Shown here piece by piece: positions 40,001 to 53,741 of a stretch of DNA of 64,000 bases. A model generated the notes under the pieces. That model did not search any database and was not told where the DNA came from. It was given only the letters and a program-made list of their open reading frames with translations. Within the stretch, counting starts at the first letter, position 1; each line of letters starts with the position of its first letter. Made by a program: the position numbers and the translations under genes. The DNA is from Eledone cirrhosa (lineage: Eukaryota). The stretch is from assembly GCA_964016885.1 (NCBI GenBank), contig OZ024744.1, forward strand, positions 105,958,001 to 106,022,000, given 5' to 3'.

Positions 40001-43000
40001 GACTGGATGTGACTGTACATGTGAGAAGTGACTGGATGTGACTGTACATGTGATAAGTGACTGGATGTGACTGTACATGGAATAAGTGACTGGATGTGAC
40101 TGTACATGTGATAAGTGACTGGATGTGACTGTACATGTGATAAGTGACTGTACATGTGATAAGTGACTGGATGTGACTGTACATGTGATAAGTGACTGGA
40201 TGTGACTGTACATGTGATAAGTGACTGGATGTGACTGTACATGTGAGAAGTGACTGGATGTGACTGTACATGTGATAAGTGACTGGATGTGACTGTACAT
40301 GTGATAAGTGACTGAACATGTGATAAGTGACTGGATGTGACTGTACATGTGATAAGTGACTGGATGTGACTGTACATGTGATAAGTGACTGGATGTGACT
40401 GTACATGTGAGAAGTGACTGGATGTGACTGTACATGTGAGAAGTGACTGGATGTGACTGTACATGTGATAAGTGACTGGATGTGACTGTACATGGAATAA
40501 GTGACTGGATGTGACTGTACATGTGATAAGTGACTGGATGTGACTGTACATGTGAGAAGTGACTGGATGTGACTGTACATGTGATAAGTGACTGGATGTG
40601 ACTGTACATGTGATAAGTGACTGGATGTGACTGTACATGGAATAAGTGACTGGATGTGACTGTACATGGAATAAGTGACTGGATGTGACTGTACATGGAA
40701 TAAGTGACTGGATGTGACTGTACATGTGATAAGTGACTGGATGTGACTGTACATGTGAGAAGTGACTGGATGTGACTGTACATGGAATAAGTGACTGGAT
40801 GTGACTGTACATGTGATAAGTGACTGGATGTGACTGTACATGGAATAAGTGACTGGATGTGACTGTACATGTGATAAGTGACTGTACATGTGATAAGTGA
40901 CTGGATGTGACTGTACATGTGATAAGTGACTGGATGTGACTGTACATGGAATAAGTGACTGGATGTGACTGTACATGTGAGAAGTGACTGGATGTGACTG
41001 TACATGTGATAAGTGACTGGATGTGACTGTACATGTGATAAGTGACAGGATGTGACTGTACATGTGATAAGTGACTGGATGTGACTGTACATGTGATAAG
41101 TGACTGGATGTGACTGTACATGTGATAAGTGACTGGATGTGACTGTACATGTGATAAGTGACTGGATGTGACTGTACATGTGATAAGTGACTGGATGTGA
41201 CTGTACATGTGAGAAGTGACTGGATGTGACTGTACATGTGAGAAGTGACTGGATGTGACTGTACATGTGATAAGTGACTGGATGTGACTGTACATGTGAT
41301 AAGTGACTGGATGTGACTGTACATGTGATAAGTGACTGGATGTGACTGTACATGTGATAAGTGACTGGATGTGACTGTACATGTGATAAGTGACTGTACA
41401 TGTGATAAGTGACTGGATGTGACTGTACATGGAATAAGTGACTGGATGTGACTGTACATGTGATAAGTGACTGGATGTGACTGTACATGTGATAAGTGAC
41501 TGGATGTGACTGTACATGTGATAAGTGACTGGATGTGACTGTACATGTGATAAGTGACTGGATGTGACTGTACATGTGATAAGTGACTGGATGTGACTGT
41601 ACATGGAATAAGTGACTGGATGTGACTGTACATGTGATAAGTGACTGGATGTGACTGTACATGTGATAAGTGACTGGATGTGACTGGATGTGACTGTACA
41701 TGTGATAAGTGACTGGATGTGACTGTACATGTGATAAGTGACTGGATGTGACTGTACATGGAATAAGTGACTGGATGTGACTGTACATGTGATAAGTGAC
41801 TGGATGTGACTGTACATGTGATAAGTGACTGGATGTGACTGTACATGTGATAAGTGACTGGATGTGACTGTACATGTGATAAGTGGCTGGATGTGACTGT
41901 ACATGTGAGAAGTGACTGGATGTGACTATACATGGAATAAGTGACTGGATGTGACTGTACATGGAATAAGTGACTGGATGTGACTGTACATGGAATAAGT
42001 GACTGGATGTGACTGTACATGTGATATGTGACTGGATGTGACTGTACATGTGATAAGTGACTGGATGTGACTGTACATGTGATAAGTGACTGGATGTGAC
42101 TGTACATGTGATAAGTGACTGGATGTGACTGTACATGTGATAAGTGACTGTACATGTGATAAGTGACTGGATGTGACTGTACATGTGAGAAGTGACTGGA
42201 TGTGACTGTACATGTGATAAGTGACTGGATGTGACTGTACATGTGATAAGTGACTGGATGTGACTGTACATGTGATAAGTGACTGGATGTGACTGTACAT
42301 GGAATAAGTGACTGGATGTGACTGTACATGTGATAAGTGACTGGATGTGACTGTACATGTGATAAGTGACTGGATGTGACTGTACATGGAATAAGTGACT
42401 GGATGTGACTGTACATGTGATAAGTGACTGGATGTGACTGTACATGTGAGAAGTGACTGGATGTGACTGTACATGTGATAAGTGACTGGATGTGACTGTA
42501 CATGGAATAAGTGACTGGATGTGACTGTACATGTGAGAAGTGACTGGATGTGACTGTACATGTGAGAAGTGACTGGATGTGACTGTACATGGAATAAGTG
42601 ACTGGATGTGACTGTACATGTGATAAGTGACTGGATGTGACTGTACATGTGATAAGTGACTGGATGTGACTGTACATGTGAGAAGTGACTGGATGTGACT
42701 GTACATGGAATAAGTGACTGGATGTGACTGTACATGGAATAAGTGACTGGATGTGACTGTACATGTGATAAGTGACTGGATGTGACTGTACATGTGAGAA
42801 GTGACTGGATGTGACTGTACATGTGATAAGTGACTGGATGTGACTGTACATGTGATAAGTGACTGGATGTGACTGTACATGTGATAAGTGACTGGATGTG
42901 ACTGTACATGTGAGAAGTGACTGGATGTGACTGTACATGTGATAAGTGACTGGATGTGACTGTACATGTGATAAGTGACTGGATGTGACTGTACATGTGA

Positions 43001-46000
43001 TAAGTGACTGGATGTGACTGTACATGTGATAAGTGACTGGATGTGACTGTACATGTGATAAGTGACTGGATGTGACTGTACATGGGATAAGTGACTGGAT
43101 GTGACTGTACATGTGATAAGTGACTGGATGTGACTGTACATGTGATAAGTGACTGGATGTGACTGTACATGTGATAAGTGACTGGATGTGACTGTACATG
43201 TGATAAGTGACTGGATGTGACTGTACATGTGATAAGTGACTGGATGTGACTGTACATGGAATAAGTGACTGGATGTGACTGTACATGTGATAAGTGACTG
43301 GATGTGACTGTACATGTGATAAGTGACTGGATGTGACTGGATGTGACTGTACATGTGATAAGTGACTGGATGTGACTGTACATGTGATAAGTGACTGGAT
43401 GTGACTGTACATGTGATAAGTGACTGGATGTGACTGTACATGTGAGAAGTGACTGGATGTGACTGTACATGGAATAAGTGACTGGATGTGACTGTACATG
43501 GAATAAGTGACTGGATGTGACTGTACATGGAATAAGTGACTGGATGTGACTGTACATGTGATATGTGACTGGATGTGACTGTACATGTGATAAGTGACTG
43601 GATGTGACTGTACATGTGATAAGTGACTGGATGTGACTGTACATGTGATAAGTGACTGGATGTGACTGTACATGTGATAAGTGACTGTACATGTGATAAG
43701 TGACTGGATGTCACTGTACATGTGATAAGTGACTGGATGTGACTGTACATGTGATAAGTGACTGGATGTGACTGTACATGTGATAAGTGACTGGATGTGA
43801 CTGTACATGGAATAAGTGACTGGATGTGACTGTACATGTGATAAGTGACTGGATGTGACTGTACATGTGATAAGTGACTGGATGTGACTGTACATGGAAT
43901 AAGTGACTGGATGTGACTGTACATGTGATAAGTGACTGGATGTGACTGTACATGTGAGAAGTGACTGGATGTGACTGTACATGTGATAAGTGACTGGATG
44001 TGACTGTACATGGAATAAGTGACTGGATGTGACTGTACATGTGAGAAGTGACTGGATGTGACTGTACATGTGAGAAGTGACTGGATGTGACTGTACATGG
44101 AATAAGTGACTGGATGTGACTGTACATGTGATAAGTGACTGGATGTGACTGTACATGTGATAAGTGACTGGATGTGACTGTACATGTGAGAAGCGACTGG
44201 ATGTGACTGTACATGGAATAAGTGACTGGATGTGACTGTACATGGAATAAGTGACTGGATGTGACTGTACATGTGATAAGTGACTGGATGTGACTGTACA
44301 TGTGAGAAGTGACTGGATGTGACTGTACATGTGATAAGTGACTGGATGTGACTGTACATGTGATAAGTGACTGGATGTGACTGTACATGTGATAAGTGAC
44401 TGGATGTGACTGTACATGTGATAAGTGACTGGATGTGACTGTACATGTGATAAGTGACTGGATGTGACTGTACATGTGAGAAGTGACTGGATGTGACTGT
44501 ACATGTGAGAAGTGACTGGATGTGACTGTACATGTGATAAGTGACTGGATGTGACTGTACATGGAATAAGTGACTGGATGTGACTGTACATGTGAGAAGT
44601 GACTGGATGTGACTGTACATGTGATAAGTGACTGGATGTGACTGTACATGGGAGAAGTGACTGGATGTGACTGTACATGTGATAAGTGACTGGATGTGAC
44701 TGTACATGGGAGAAGTGACTGGATGTGACTGTACATGTGATAAGTGACTGGATGTGACTGTACATGTGATAAGTGACTGGATGTGACTGTACATGTGATA
44801 AGTGACTGGATGTGACTGTACATGGGAGAAGTGACTGGATGTGACTGTACATGTGATAAGTGACTGGATGTGACTGTACATGTGATAAGTGACTGGATGT
44901 GACTGTACATGTGATAAGTGACTGGATGTGACTGTACATGTGATAAGTGACTGGATGTGACTGTACATGGGAGAAGTGACTGGATGTGACTGTACATGGG
45001 AGAAGTGACTGGATGTGACTGTACATGGAATAAGTGACTGGATGTGACTGTACATGTGATAAGTGACTGGATGTGACTGTACATGTGATAAGTGACTGGA
45101 TGTGACTGTACATGTGAGAAGTGACTGGATGTGACTGTACATGTGATAAGTGACTGGATGTGACTGTACATGTGATAAGTGACTGGATGTGACTGTACAT
45201 GGGAGAAGTGACTGGATGTGACTGTACATGGAATAAGTGACTGGATGTGACTGTACATGTGATAAGTGACTGGATGTGACTTTACATGTGATAAGTGACT
45301 GGATGTGACTGTACATGTGATAAGTGACTGGATGTGACTGTACATGGAATAAGTGACTGGATGTGACTGTACATGTGATAAGTGACTGGATGTGACTGTA
45401 CATGTGAGAAGTGACTGGATGTGACTGTACATGTGATAAGTGACTGGATGTGACTGTACATGGAATAAGTGACTGGATGTGACTACATGTGAGAAGTGAC
45501 TGGATGTGACTGTACATGTGAGAAGTGACTGGATGTGACTGTACATGGAATAAGTTACTGGATGTGACTGTACATGTGATAAGTGACTGGATGTGACTGT
45601 ACATGGAATAAGTGACTGGATGTGACTGTACATGTGATATGTGACTGGATGTGACTGTACATGTGATAAGTGACTGGATGTGACTGTACATGTGATAAGT
45701 GACTGGATGTGACTGTACATGTGAGAAGTGACTGGATGTGACTGTACATGTGATAAGTGACTGGATGTGACTGTACATGTGATAAGTGACTGGATGTGAC
45801 TGTACATGTGATAAGTGACTGGATGTGACTGTACATGTGATAAGTGACTGGATGTGACTGTACATGTGAGAAGTGACTGGATGTGACTGTACATGTGATA
45901 AGTGACTGGATGTGACTGTACATGGAATAAGTGACTGGATGTGACTGTACATGGAATAAGTGACTGGATGTGACTGTACATGGAATAAGTGACTGGATGT

Positions 46001-48145
46001 GACTGTACATGTGATAAGTGACTGGATGTGACTGTACATGGAATAAGTGACTGGATGTGACTGTACATGTGATAAGTGACTGGATGTGACTGTACATGTG
46101 AGAAGTGACTGGATGTGACTGTACATGTGATAAGTGACTGGATGTGACTGTACATGTGAGAAGTGACTGGATGTGACTGTACATGTGATAAGTGACTGGA
46201 TGTGACTGTACATGTGATAAGTGACTGGATGTGACTGTACATGTGAGAAGTCACTGGATGTGACTGTACATGTGATAAGTGACTGGATGTGACTGTACAT
46301 GGAATAAGTGACTGGATGTGACTGTACATGTGATAAGTGACTGGATGTGACTGTACATGTGATAAGTGACTGTACATGTGATAAGTGACTGGATGTGACT
46401 GTACATGTGATAAGTGACTGGATGTGACTGTACATGTGATAAGTGACTGGATGTGACTGTACATGTGAGAAGTGACTGGATGTGACTGTACATGTGATAA
46501 GTGACTGGATGTGACTGTACATGTGATACGTGACTGAATATGTGATAAGTGACTGGATGTGACTGTACATGTGATAAGTGACTGGATGTGACTGTACATG
46601 TGATAAGTGACTGGATGTGACTGTACATGTGAGAAGTGACTGGATGTGACTGTACATGTGAGAAGTGACTGGATGTGACTGTACATGTGATAAGTGACTG
46701 GATGTGACTGTACATGGAATAAGTGACTGGATGTGACTGTACATGTGATAAGTGACTGGATGTGACTGTACATGTGAGAAGTGACTGGATGTGACTGTAC
46801 ATGTGATAAGTGACTGGATGTGACTGTACATGTGATAAGTGACTGGATGTGACTGTACATGGAATAAGTGACTGGATGTGACTGTACATGGAATAAGTGA
46901 CTGGATGTGACTGTACATGGAATAAGTGACTGGATGTGACTGTACATGTGATAAGTGACTGTACATGTGATAAGTGACTGTATGTGACTGTACAAGTGAT
47001 AAGTGACTGGATGTGACTGTACATGTGATAAGTGACTGGATGTGACTGTACATGTGATAAGTGACTGGATGTGACTGTACATGGAATAAGTGACTGGATG
47101 TGACTGTACATGTGATAAGTGACTGGATGTGACTGTACATGTGATAAGTGACTGCATGTGACTGTACATGTGATAAGTGACTGGATGTGACTGTACATGT
47201 GATAAGTGACTGGATGTGACTGTACATGTGATAAGTGACTGGATGTGACTGTACATGTGATAAGTGACTGGATGTGACTGTACATGTGATAAGTGACTGG
47301 ATGTGACTGTACATGTGATAAGTGACTGGATGTGACTGTACATGTGATAAGTGACTGGATGTGACTGTCCATGTGATAAGTGACTGGATGTGACTGTCCA
47401 TGTGATAAGTGACTGGATGTGACTGTACATGTGATAAGTGACTGGATGTGACTGTACATGTGAGAAGTGACTGGATGTGACTGTACATGTGATAAGTGAC
47501 TGGATGTGACTGTACATGGAATAAGTGACTGGATGTGACTGTACATGTGATAAGTGACTGGATGTGACTGTACATGTGATAAGTGACTGGATGTGACTGT
47601 ACATGTGAGAAGTGACTGGATGTGACTGTACATGTGAGAAGTGACTGGATGTGACTGTACATGTGATAAGTGACTGGATGTGACTGTAAATGTGATAAGT
47701 GACTGGATGTGACTGTACATGTGAGAAGTGACTGGATGTGACTGTACATGTGATAAGTGACTGGATGTGACTGTACATGGAATAAGTGACTGGATGTGAC
47801 TGTACATGTGATAAGTGACTGGATGTGACTGTACATGTGATAAGTGACTGGATGTGACTGTACATGTGATAAGTGACTGGATGTGACTGTACATGTGAGA
47901 AGTGACTGGATGTGACTGTACATGGAATAAGTGACTGGATGTGACTGTACATGTGATAAGTGACTGGATGTGACTGTACATGTGATAAGTGACTGGATGT
48001 GACTGTACATGTGATAAGTGACTGGATGTGACTGTACATGTGATAAGTGACTGGATGTGACTGTACATGTGAGAAGTGACTGTACATGAGAAGTGACTGT
48101 ACATGGAATAAGTGACTGTACATGAGATAGTAACTGTACAGTCAC
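13091..48145. repeat. 29-bp satellite array (GTGACTGGATGTGACTGTACATGTGATAA)n, ~35 kb, intronic; orientation inverted at 25124-32946
   Basis: Period 29 read directly (13141 to 13170). Unit-end variants GTGATAA/GTGAGAA/GGAATAA/GGGAGAA. The 29-aa periodicity of the ORFs equals 3 units. Confidence 0.98.
32947..33146. other. Assembly gap (200 N)
   Basis: Run of N. Satellite units near both sides show more 1-bp indels. Confidence 0.99.
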
Positions 48146-48159
48146 ACATAGACATTCAC

Positions 48160-48375
48160 AGAGAGTGTTGAGAGTGAAGAGAGTGAGAGTGTGGAGAGAG
48201 AGGGGGGAGTGGAGAGAGGGGGGTGGAGAGAGAAGGAGTGAGAGAGAGAGTGAGGGAGAGTGTGGAGAGAGATGGGGGGATGGAGAGAGAAGGAGTGAGA
48301 GAGAGAGAGTGAGGGAGAGTGTGGAGAGAGATGGGGGGATGGAGAGAGAGAGAGAGAGCGAGAGAGAGAGAGAGA
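48160..48375. repeat. GA-rich polypurine tract
   Basis: Direct reading. Confidence 0.9.
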
Positions 48376-48507
48376 TGGAAATATTTTTAAATGTTCCAAC
48401 TCTAAAAATAAGGTTAATAGTTTGAAAAATTGTTATAAATTTATTAAACAAGACATTTATAGTTTTAACGGTTTAACGGATTAATTATAATTATTTTTCA
48501 TACTTAC

Positions 48508-48562
48508 ATTAAAGCCTTATTGTAGTCTCTGGCATGGAAATATTCTTCCCCCATCTGCACCA
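48508..48562 (-). CDS. TRAPPC11: TRAPPC11 exon (9th): (M)VQMGEEYFHARDYNKAL(M)
   Basis: Acceptor TTTACAG, donor GTAAGT, 55 nt. Matches MVQMGEEYYYAKDYTKAL. Confidence 0.95.
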
Positions 48563-48827
48563 CTGTAAAGACAAATGGTAAAGAATTATATTGGACAGGC
48601 AGACAGACAGACAGACAGCATTAATATAGAGAGCTGTGACATGTGACAGTAACACACTGTATATAATGCACTACACAGACATGCCCACACATATACAACA
48701 CACACCCACATTCCCACACTAGACACGGCCACCCACACACACAAACATTCCTGCACTAATACACAGCCAGCCACCTTCCCACACAAATAATAACAACAAC
48801 AATAAATATGAAGAAAGTACAACTTAC

Positions 48828-48906
48828 TTAAATGTCTTTTCATTCTAGGAGACTTGTATTTTTTGAACTGAGCCACGGCACTGCTTAACTGAGGAATGAT
48901 AATCCA
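48828..48906 (-). CDS. TRAPPC11: TRAPPC11 exon (8th): [26 protein letters not shown](M)
   Basis: Acceptor CTCTAG, donor GTAAGT, 79 nt. Matches [21 protein letters not shown]. Confidence 0.96.
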
Positions 48907-48949
48907 CTAGAGTTAAATAAGATTGAAATAATGTTACATAACACCAGCT

Positions 48950-49368
48950 CAGAGCAGGAGAATTAAGGCTAGAAAGATATCAGATGCTGAATTTGCTGAC
49001 AACATAGTTTTGGTGACAAACACAGTGAAGGAGGCAGACGAGTTGATGAAGGAGGTGGAGACTGTGTCGATGAGTGTGGGGCTGAGAATGAATGAGATTA
49101 AGACGAAGTATCTGGTAGAGAAGATTAGAGAATGTAGGCGGGAAGCTGCTAGAGTTGGTTGAGGACTTCCTGTATCTGGGAGCAAAGATTGGGTACAGAG
49201 GACAATGTGGTTCAGAGGAAGAGCAAAGCCTGGGCAGCGTGCCTCAGTTTGAGATCGGTGTGGAAGTTGGACCTTCGTATAGACTTGAATATCTGTCTGT
49301 TCGTTGCTACAGTGAAGTCTGTGTTGCTGTACGAGTCTGAGACTCGGACAGTGACCGAGAAACTCACA
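48950..49368 (+). mobile_element. Decayed RT fragment of a second RTE-like LINE family
   Basis: Frameshifted pieces: EFADNIVL...VGLRMNEIKTKY, VEDFLYLG, LFVATVKSVLLYESET. Confidence 0.8.
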
Positions 49369-49545
49369 ATTCTAAATAATATCAACAACCATAACAATAA
49401 TGACTTGAATGGCAGGGATATAAAACAATTGTCTGTAACCAAGTACAAAGTTATTCAAAGTAACTTTTTAATTCTTTATAGTAAACAATACTATCATAAA
49501 GTGTGTGTGTGTGTGTATGTATGTGTGGGTGTGTGTGTGTGTTAA

Positions 49546-50008
49546 CCCTTTAGCATTTACGGTACTTTATATATACTATTGTATTTTCACAGTAAAGGTT
49601 TTACCTCACATAATTATCTCACATAATATCGAATCTACAAGATTTTGATATTATTTATTTTGAGAACAATACCTTAACATAAGTGTGAGTGACCAGTTAC
49701 AGCCAGTTTGAACAGAAAGGGGTGAGAGAATCCTGGCCGGATTCGGCTGGTTTAAATGTTAATGGGTTATTTGATATTATTTATTTTGAGAACAATACCT
49801 TAACATAAGTGTGAGTGACCAGTTACAGCCAGTTTGAACAGAAAGGGGTGAGAGAATCCTGGCCGGATTCGGCTGGTTTAAATGTTAATGGGTTATTTGA
49901 TATTATTTATTTTGAGAACAATACCTTAACATAAGTGTGAGTGACCAGTTACAGCCAGTTTGAACAGAAAGAGGTGAGAGAATCCTGGCCGGTTTAAATG
50001 CTAATGGG
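49546..50008. mobile_element. piggyBac-like MITE with a triplicated ~126-bp right end
   Basis: TTAA|CCCTTTAGCATTTA ... TAAATGCTAATGGG|TTAA. Three tandem copies at ~49644, 49770 and 49897. Confidence 0.8.
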
Positions 50009-50049
50009 TTAAGGATGGGAAATAGGAATGCTAGAAATATATTACATAC

Positions 50050-50129
50050 AGAATGGTCTACATCTTGTTCCATATTTTGAAGAGCAATGATTCCGTCTTT
50101 TTCTTTCTCAATATCAGGAGGATCATTAC
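50050..50129 (-). CDS. TRAPPC11: TRAPPC11 exon (7th): (S)NDPPDIEKEKDGIIALQNMEQDVDHS
   Basis: Acceptor CTTTCAG after a pyrimidine tract, donor GTATGT, 80 nt. Matches DPEKEKVGILAIQ...VVHS. Confidence 0.93.
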
Positions 50130-50179
50130 CTGAAAGAAGAAGAAAAGAAAAAAATAGATAGAAACAGTTTTTTCTCTCT

Positions 50180-50460
50180 AACATCATCATCATCAATATC
50201 ATCATCATCATCATTGTCATCATCAACATGATGATGATGATCATCATAAACAATATCATCATCATCCTCCTCATCATCATCACCATCAACATCATTTAAC
50301 ATCATTATCAATACCATCAACACCACCATCAACAATACCATCAATATCACCAACAACAACATCATCATCAACATCACCACCACCATTAACAATATCACCA
50401 CCAACATCACCATCAATATTACCACCATCACCAACACCATCACCAACATCACCATCATTT
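50180..50460. repeat. (CAT/CAC/CAA)n tract
   Basis: Direct reading. Confidence 0.9.
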
Positions 50461-51333
50461 AACATCTATTTTCTCTGATAGCAAAGGTTGGACATGTTAC
50501 TACAGACCAAGTCGGTACTTGATTAGTGCCTCTGAGTTATTAAGTGGGCCGGGGTACATCATAATTGTGTATGTTCCCATACTTTACAGAGTGTACTGGG
50601 TGCATTTTATTGTGGCACCAACTCTGACTCTTTTATACTAACCCAGCCCAAACCAGTTCTGGTTCTATGAAACAAAACCACAAATTTCAAAGGATTCTAT
50701 TTATATCTTCTAACATAATTTTATATAAGAACAATATGTTAAGTTACTATCTTAATAATGAAATAATAATTTCCTTCAATTTATTAATTAATTAATTGAA
50801 ATAGAGTTTATTTCATTAGAAATATGGTTAGGTGGGCTGTCATGTTTTTGACAAGACTGAGGAATCTCTTGACCTTTATGTTTGGCAAGTTTTCGATGGC
50901 TGGATTTCTGTCCTATCACCAACAACTTTATGGAATATACTGCATGTTTTTTATTGTGGCACCAACACCAGAGAGGTCATTGTGCCATTGACACAGCTGA
51001 AGAGTTCTCTCAAAGAGTTTTTGACATGGTTTCTACAGCAGGATGCCATTCCTCACCCCTAACCACTTTACAGAGTGTACTGGGTGTTTTTTTTCGTAGG
51101 CACTTCCTTTAAGACTTTTTTATGATCATATATATGTTTATCTTACTCTTTCACTACTTCCAGTCAAGGTTGTATTGTCTAAATATGTTTGAAAACTAAA
51201 TTATTAATCTAATTTCTCCTTAGGGAGGCTCAAAATTCACATAACACACACATATTTATTCCCTTTCAGAAACTAATTAGTTGGGAGTGAAATTTTAGTA
51301 AGTAAGTTAATTTTATAATTTTCTTATTTTACG

Positions 51334-51371
<38 letters not shown>

Positions 51372-51512
51372 TTATTTCATATATATATATATATAAAGAG
51401 AAAATCCTATGTAAAACAATATAGAAGGCGTGTCTGAGTATTTTTCCTTGTTATTCTTGTACTGAGTATTTATTCAGTAAAATCCCATATATTTCTAATT
51501 ATTCTGGCATTC

Positions 51513-51659
51513 CATTGTTTCCTAAACTTATTTTGTCATGGAACCCTTGTATAATTTCTCCAAAATGACAGAGACCATACCTATATTTTATTGTCAAACA
51601 CCACCAACCTAATTTAACAAAGATATTAAATGAAACAAAAACCTGTAGAGAAAGCATTT

Positions 51660-51697
<38 letters not shown>

Positions 51698-52117
51698 TCA
51701 TTACATTTTACGTCCGCTTTTTCCTGCTTGCAAGGGTGGGACGGGAACTGATTCTGGCTTGATTTCTACAGCTGGATGCCCTTCCTAACACCAACCTCAT
51801 TTACAGTGAGTGCTGGGTGCTTTTTTGCCGTGGCACCTCCACGACCACTTTGCAGTGGAATGATAGGGACCCCATTCCTATCATCTCATTTCTACAGCTG
51901 AGTAAACTGGAGCAATGTGAAATGAAGTGTCTTGCTCAAGGAAACAACACATCACCCGGTCTGAGAATTGAACTCACAACCTTTCGATTGCAAGGCCAAT
52001 GCTCTAACCCACTAAGCCATGTGTCTCCATATATATAATTGATTCATAAAAAGAAAAAATCCCCCTTTTTTGCAGAACCTCAGAATTTTCTCACAGAGCC
52101 CACTTTGAGAAGCACTG
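51513..52117. mobile_element. Decayed hAT-like MITE with a nested SINE family B (51694-52028, minus strand)
   Basis: Termini CATTGTTTCCTAAACT / ACTTTGAGAAGCACTG. No 8-bp TSD visible. The nested SINE is clear. Confidence 0.55.
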
Positions 52118-52342
52118 GATTAGTTTATATCTTGCTGATGAGGTGTAACAAGACTGAAACATGTCACCATACAGCAGCACAAAAATATTGTTTAGAGAAT
52201 TGGGTATTTCCTCATCAACAAAAGTTATAAAGTGAAAAGTAAATATTAGTTATTAAAGACCCAGAATACTGTACTTTTGAAAATAAGAGGATATTTACGT
52301 CAAGAAACAAGAAAGTAAAACATAAAAAGAGTTATCACTTAC

Positions 52343-52433
52343 TTTGATGTCCTTGTCTCCATGGTCTTTGACCATAAAAATCTAAATTAACAAGATTTTC
52401 CAGTGGCTTCCAGTTAAGTTCGTTAGTTACAGA
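52343..52433 (-). CDS. TRAPPC11: TRAPPC11 exon (6th): SVTNELNWKPLENLVNLDFYGQRPWRQGHQ(S)
   Basis: Acceptor ATGCAG, donor GTAAGT, 91 nt. Contains the LDFYGQRxWRQG motif. Confidence 0.93.
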
Positions 52434-53125
52434 CTGCATGAAGACATTAATGGGTTTATAATTAACAAAACATAACATAACAGAGCAATCAAAGAAAATA
52501 TTTCATGTCATCAAAATTAGATTTCAAGTAAAAGGAAATTGATTTAGAGAATATTCAGCAACTTTATATTCTTTACGTTAGTGAACTTGTCTAATTATTT
52601 TTGAGATAAAAAAATATGTACTCTTAAGTCCTCATATTAAACCCCCACCCCTTCCCCTCCCTGCCAGCCATTAATTTTTCAGATTTTTTCCAACCCCATT
52701 GCTTATTAAATTTTGTCTGGCAAAATTTTATTTTAAGTGGTAGCATTCCTGTGACAATTTTCTGTATACATTAAAAAAACATTATACATGACAAAAAAAG
52801 TACATTACTAGAAATCGCATAAATTATAAAATAAATAGGATGGGTTGGGGTTTGAATATGTAAACTAATTGACTAATTCTGGTTTTTAAAAAAAATCAAC
52901 GGAGACAACTAGAAGAATTACCAATTTTCTAACCCCCTACCCCTGCTTATTCCACCTACCACCCTCTATTACTGGGATCCCGAGGGTATCCTACCATTGC
53001 TTTTTACTTAAAGAAGAAAAAATATCTGCTATGGACACCACCTTGCCACAAAAGGTCCCAGCCAACCCAAGCTAGCATGAAAAGGTTAACATAAATGATA
53101 TATATATATATATATATATACTTAC

Positions 53126-53267
53126 TTTACAAAGTTGACCACAGAGTGATTTACGGGTAATAGACAAATTAGCTGCATGTTGATAATAAAAACCTGGGTG
53201 TTGTGTCTGAATTGCTGTCAAGCCTAGTTTTATAGCTTCATCAAATAAATCACCAAATACTTGAAAT
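53126..53267 (-). CDS. TRAPPC11: TRAPPC11 exon (5th): [47 protein letters not shown]
   Basis: Lies within ORF 53072..53287. Acceptor TTTCTAG, donor GTAAGT, 142 nt. Near-identical to [32 protein letters not shown]. Confidence 0.97.
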
Positions 53268-53426
53268 CTAGAAATAAAAACAAACATGTGGATCTTTTAA
53301 TCAAAAATATATGTTACACTATATTTTGTGTGTATGTATGTTTAATATTTAAAAACATTAATATCATAAATTTAACTCTTACTCTGTAACGATTTAGCAA
53401 AAAATACCTACAAGTAAGTATAATTA

Positions 53427-53741
53427 AAATGTTTATAGCATTTGCCCTGCCTGGCCATAAACTCCTTGTCTAAAACCACCCTTCAGGGCACATTCAAATG
53501 TTTATAGCATTTGCCCTGCCTGGCCATAACTCCTTGTCTAAAACCACCCTTCAGGGCACATTCAAATGTTTATAGCATTTGCCCTGCCTGGCCATAACTC
53601 CTTGTCTAAAACCACCCTTCAGGGCACATTCAAATGTTTATAGCATTTGCCCTGCCTGGCCATAACTCCTTGTCTAAAACCACCCTTCAGGGCACATTCA
53701 AATGTTTATAGCATTTGCCCTGCCTGGCCATAACTCCTTGT
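53427..53741. repeat. 68-bp tandem repeat x~4.6, followed by 12-bp GTGGCACATCTA repeats (to ~53860)
   Basis: Direct reading. Confidence 0.9.

Noticed and set aside
13091-48145. CRISPR array (29-bp repeat)
   Set aside because: Head-to-tail units with no unique spacers, no cas genes and a eukaryotic context.
13135-48451. Giant His/Ser/Thr-rich ORFs (up to 5171 aa) as real repetitive proteins
   Set aside because: The same peptide appears in all three frames because a stop-free 29-mer is not a multiple of 3. Indels ignore frame, some ORFs cross the N gap, and the region is an intron of TRAPPC11.
52619-52988. MITE with TACTCT.../...GAGGGTA ends
   Set aside because: The terminal match is too degenerate to support by eye.
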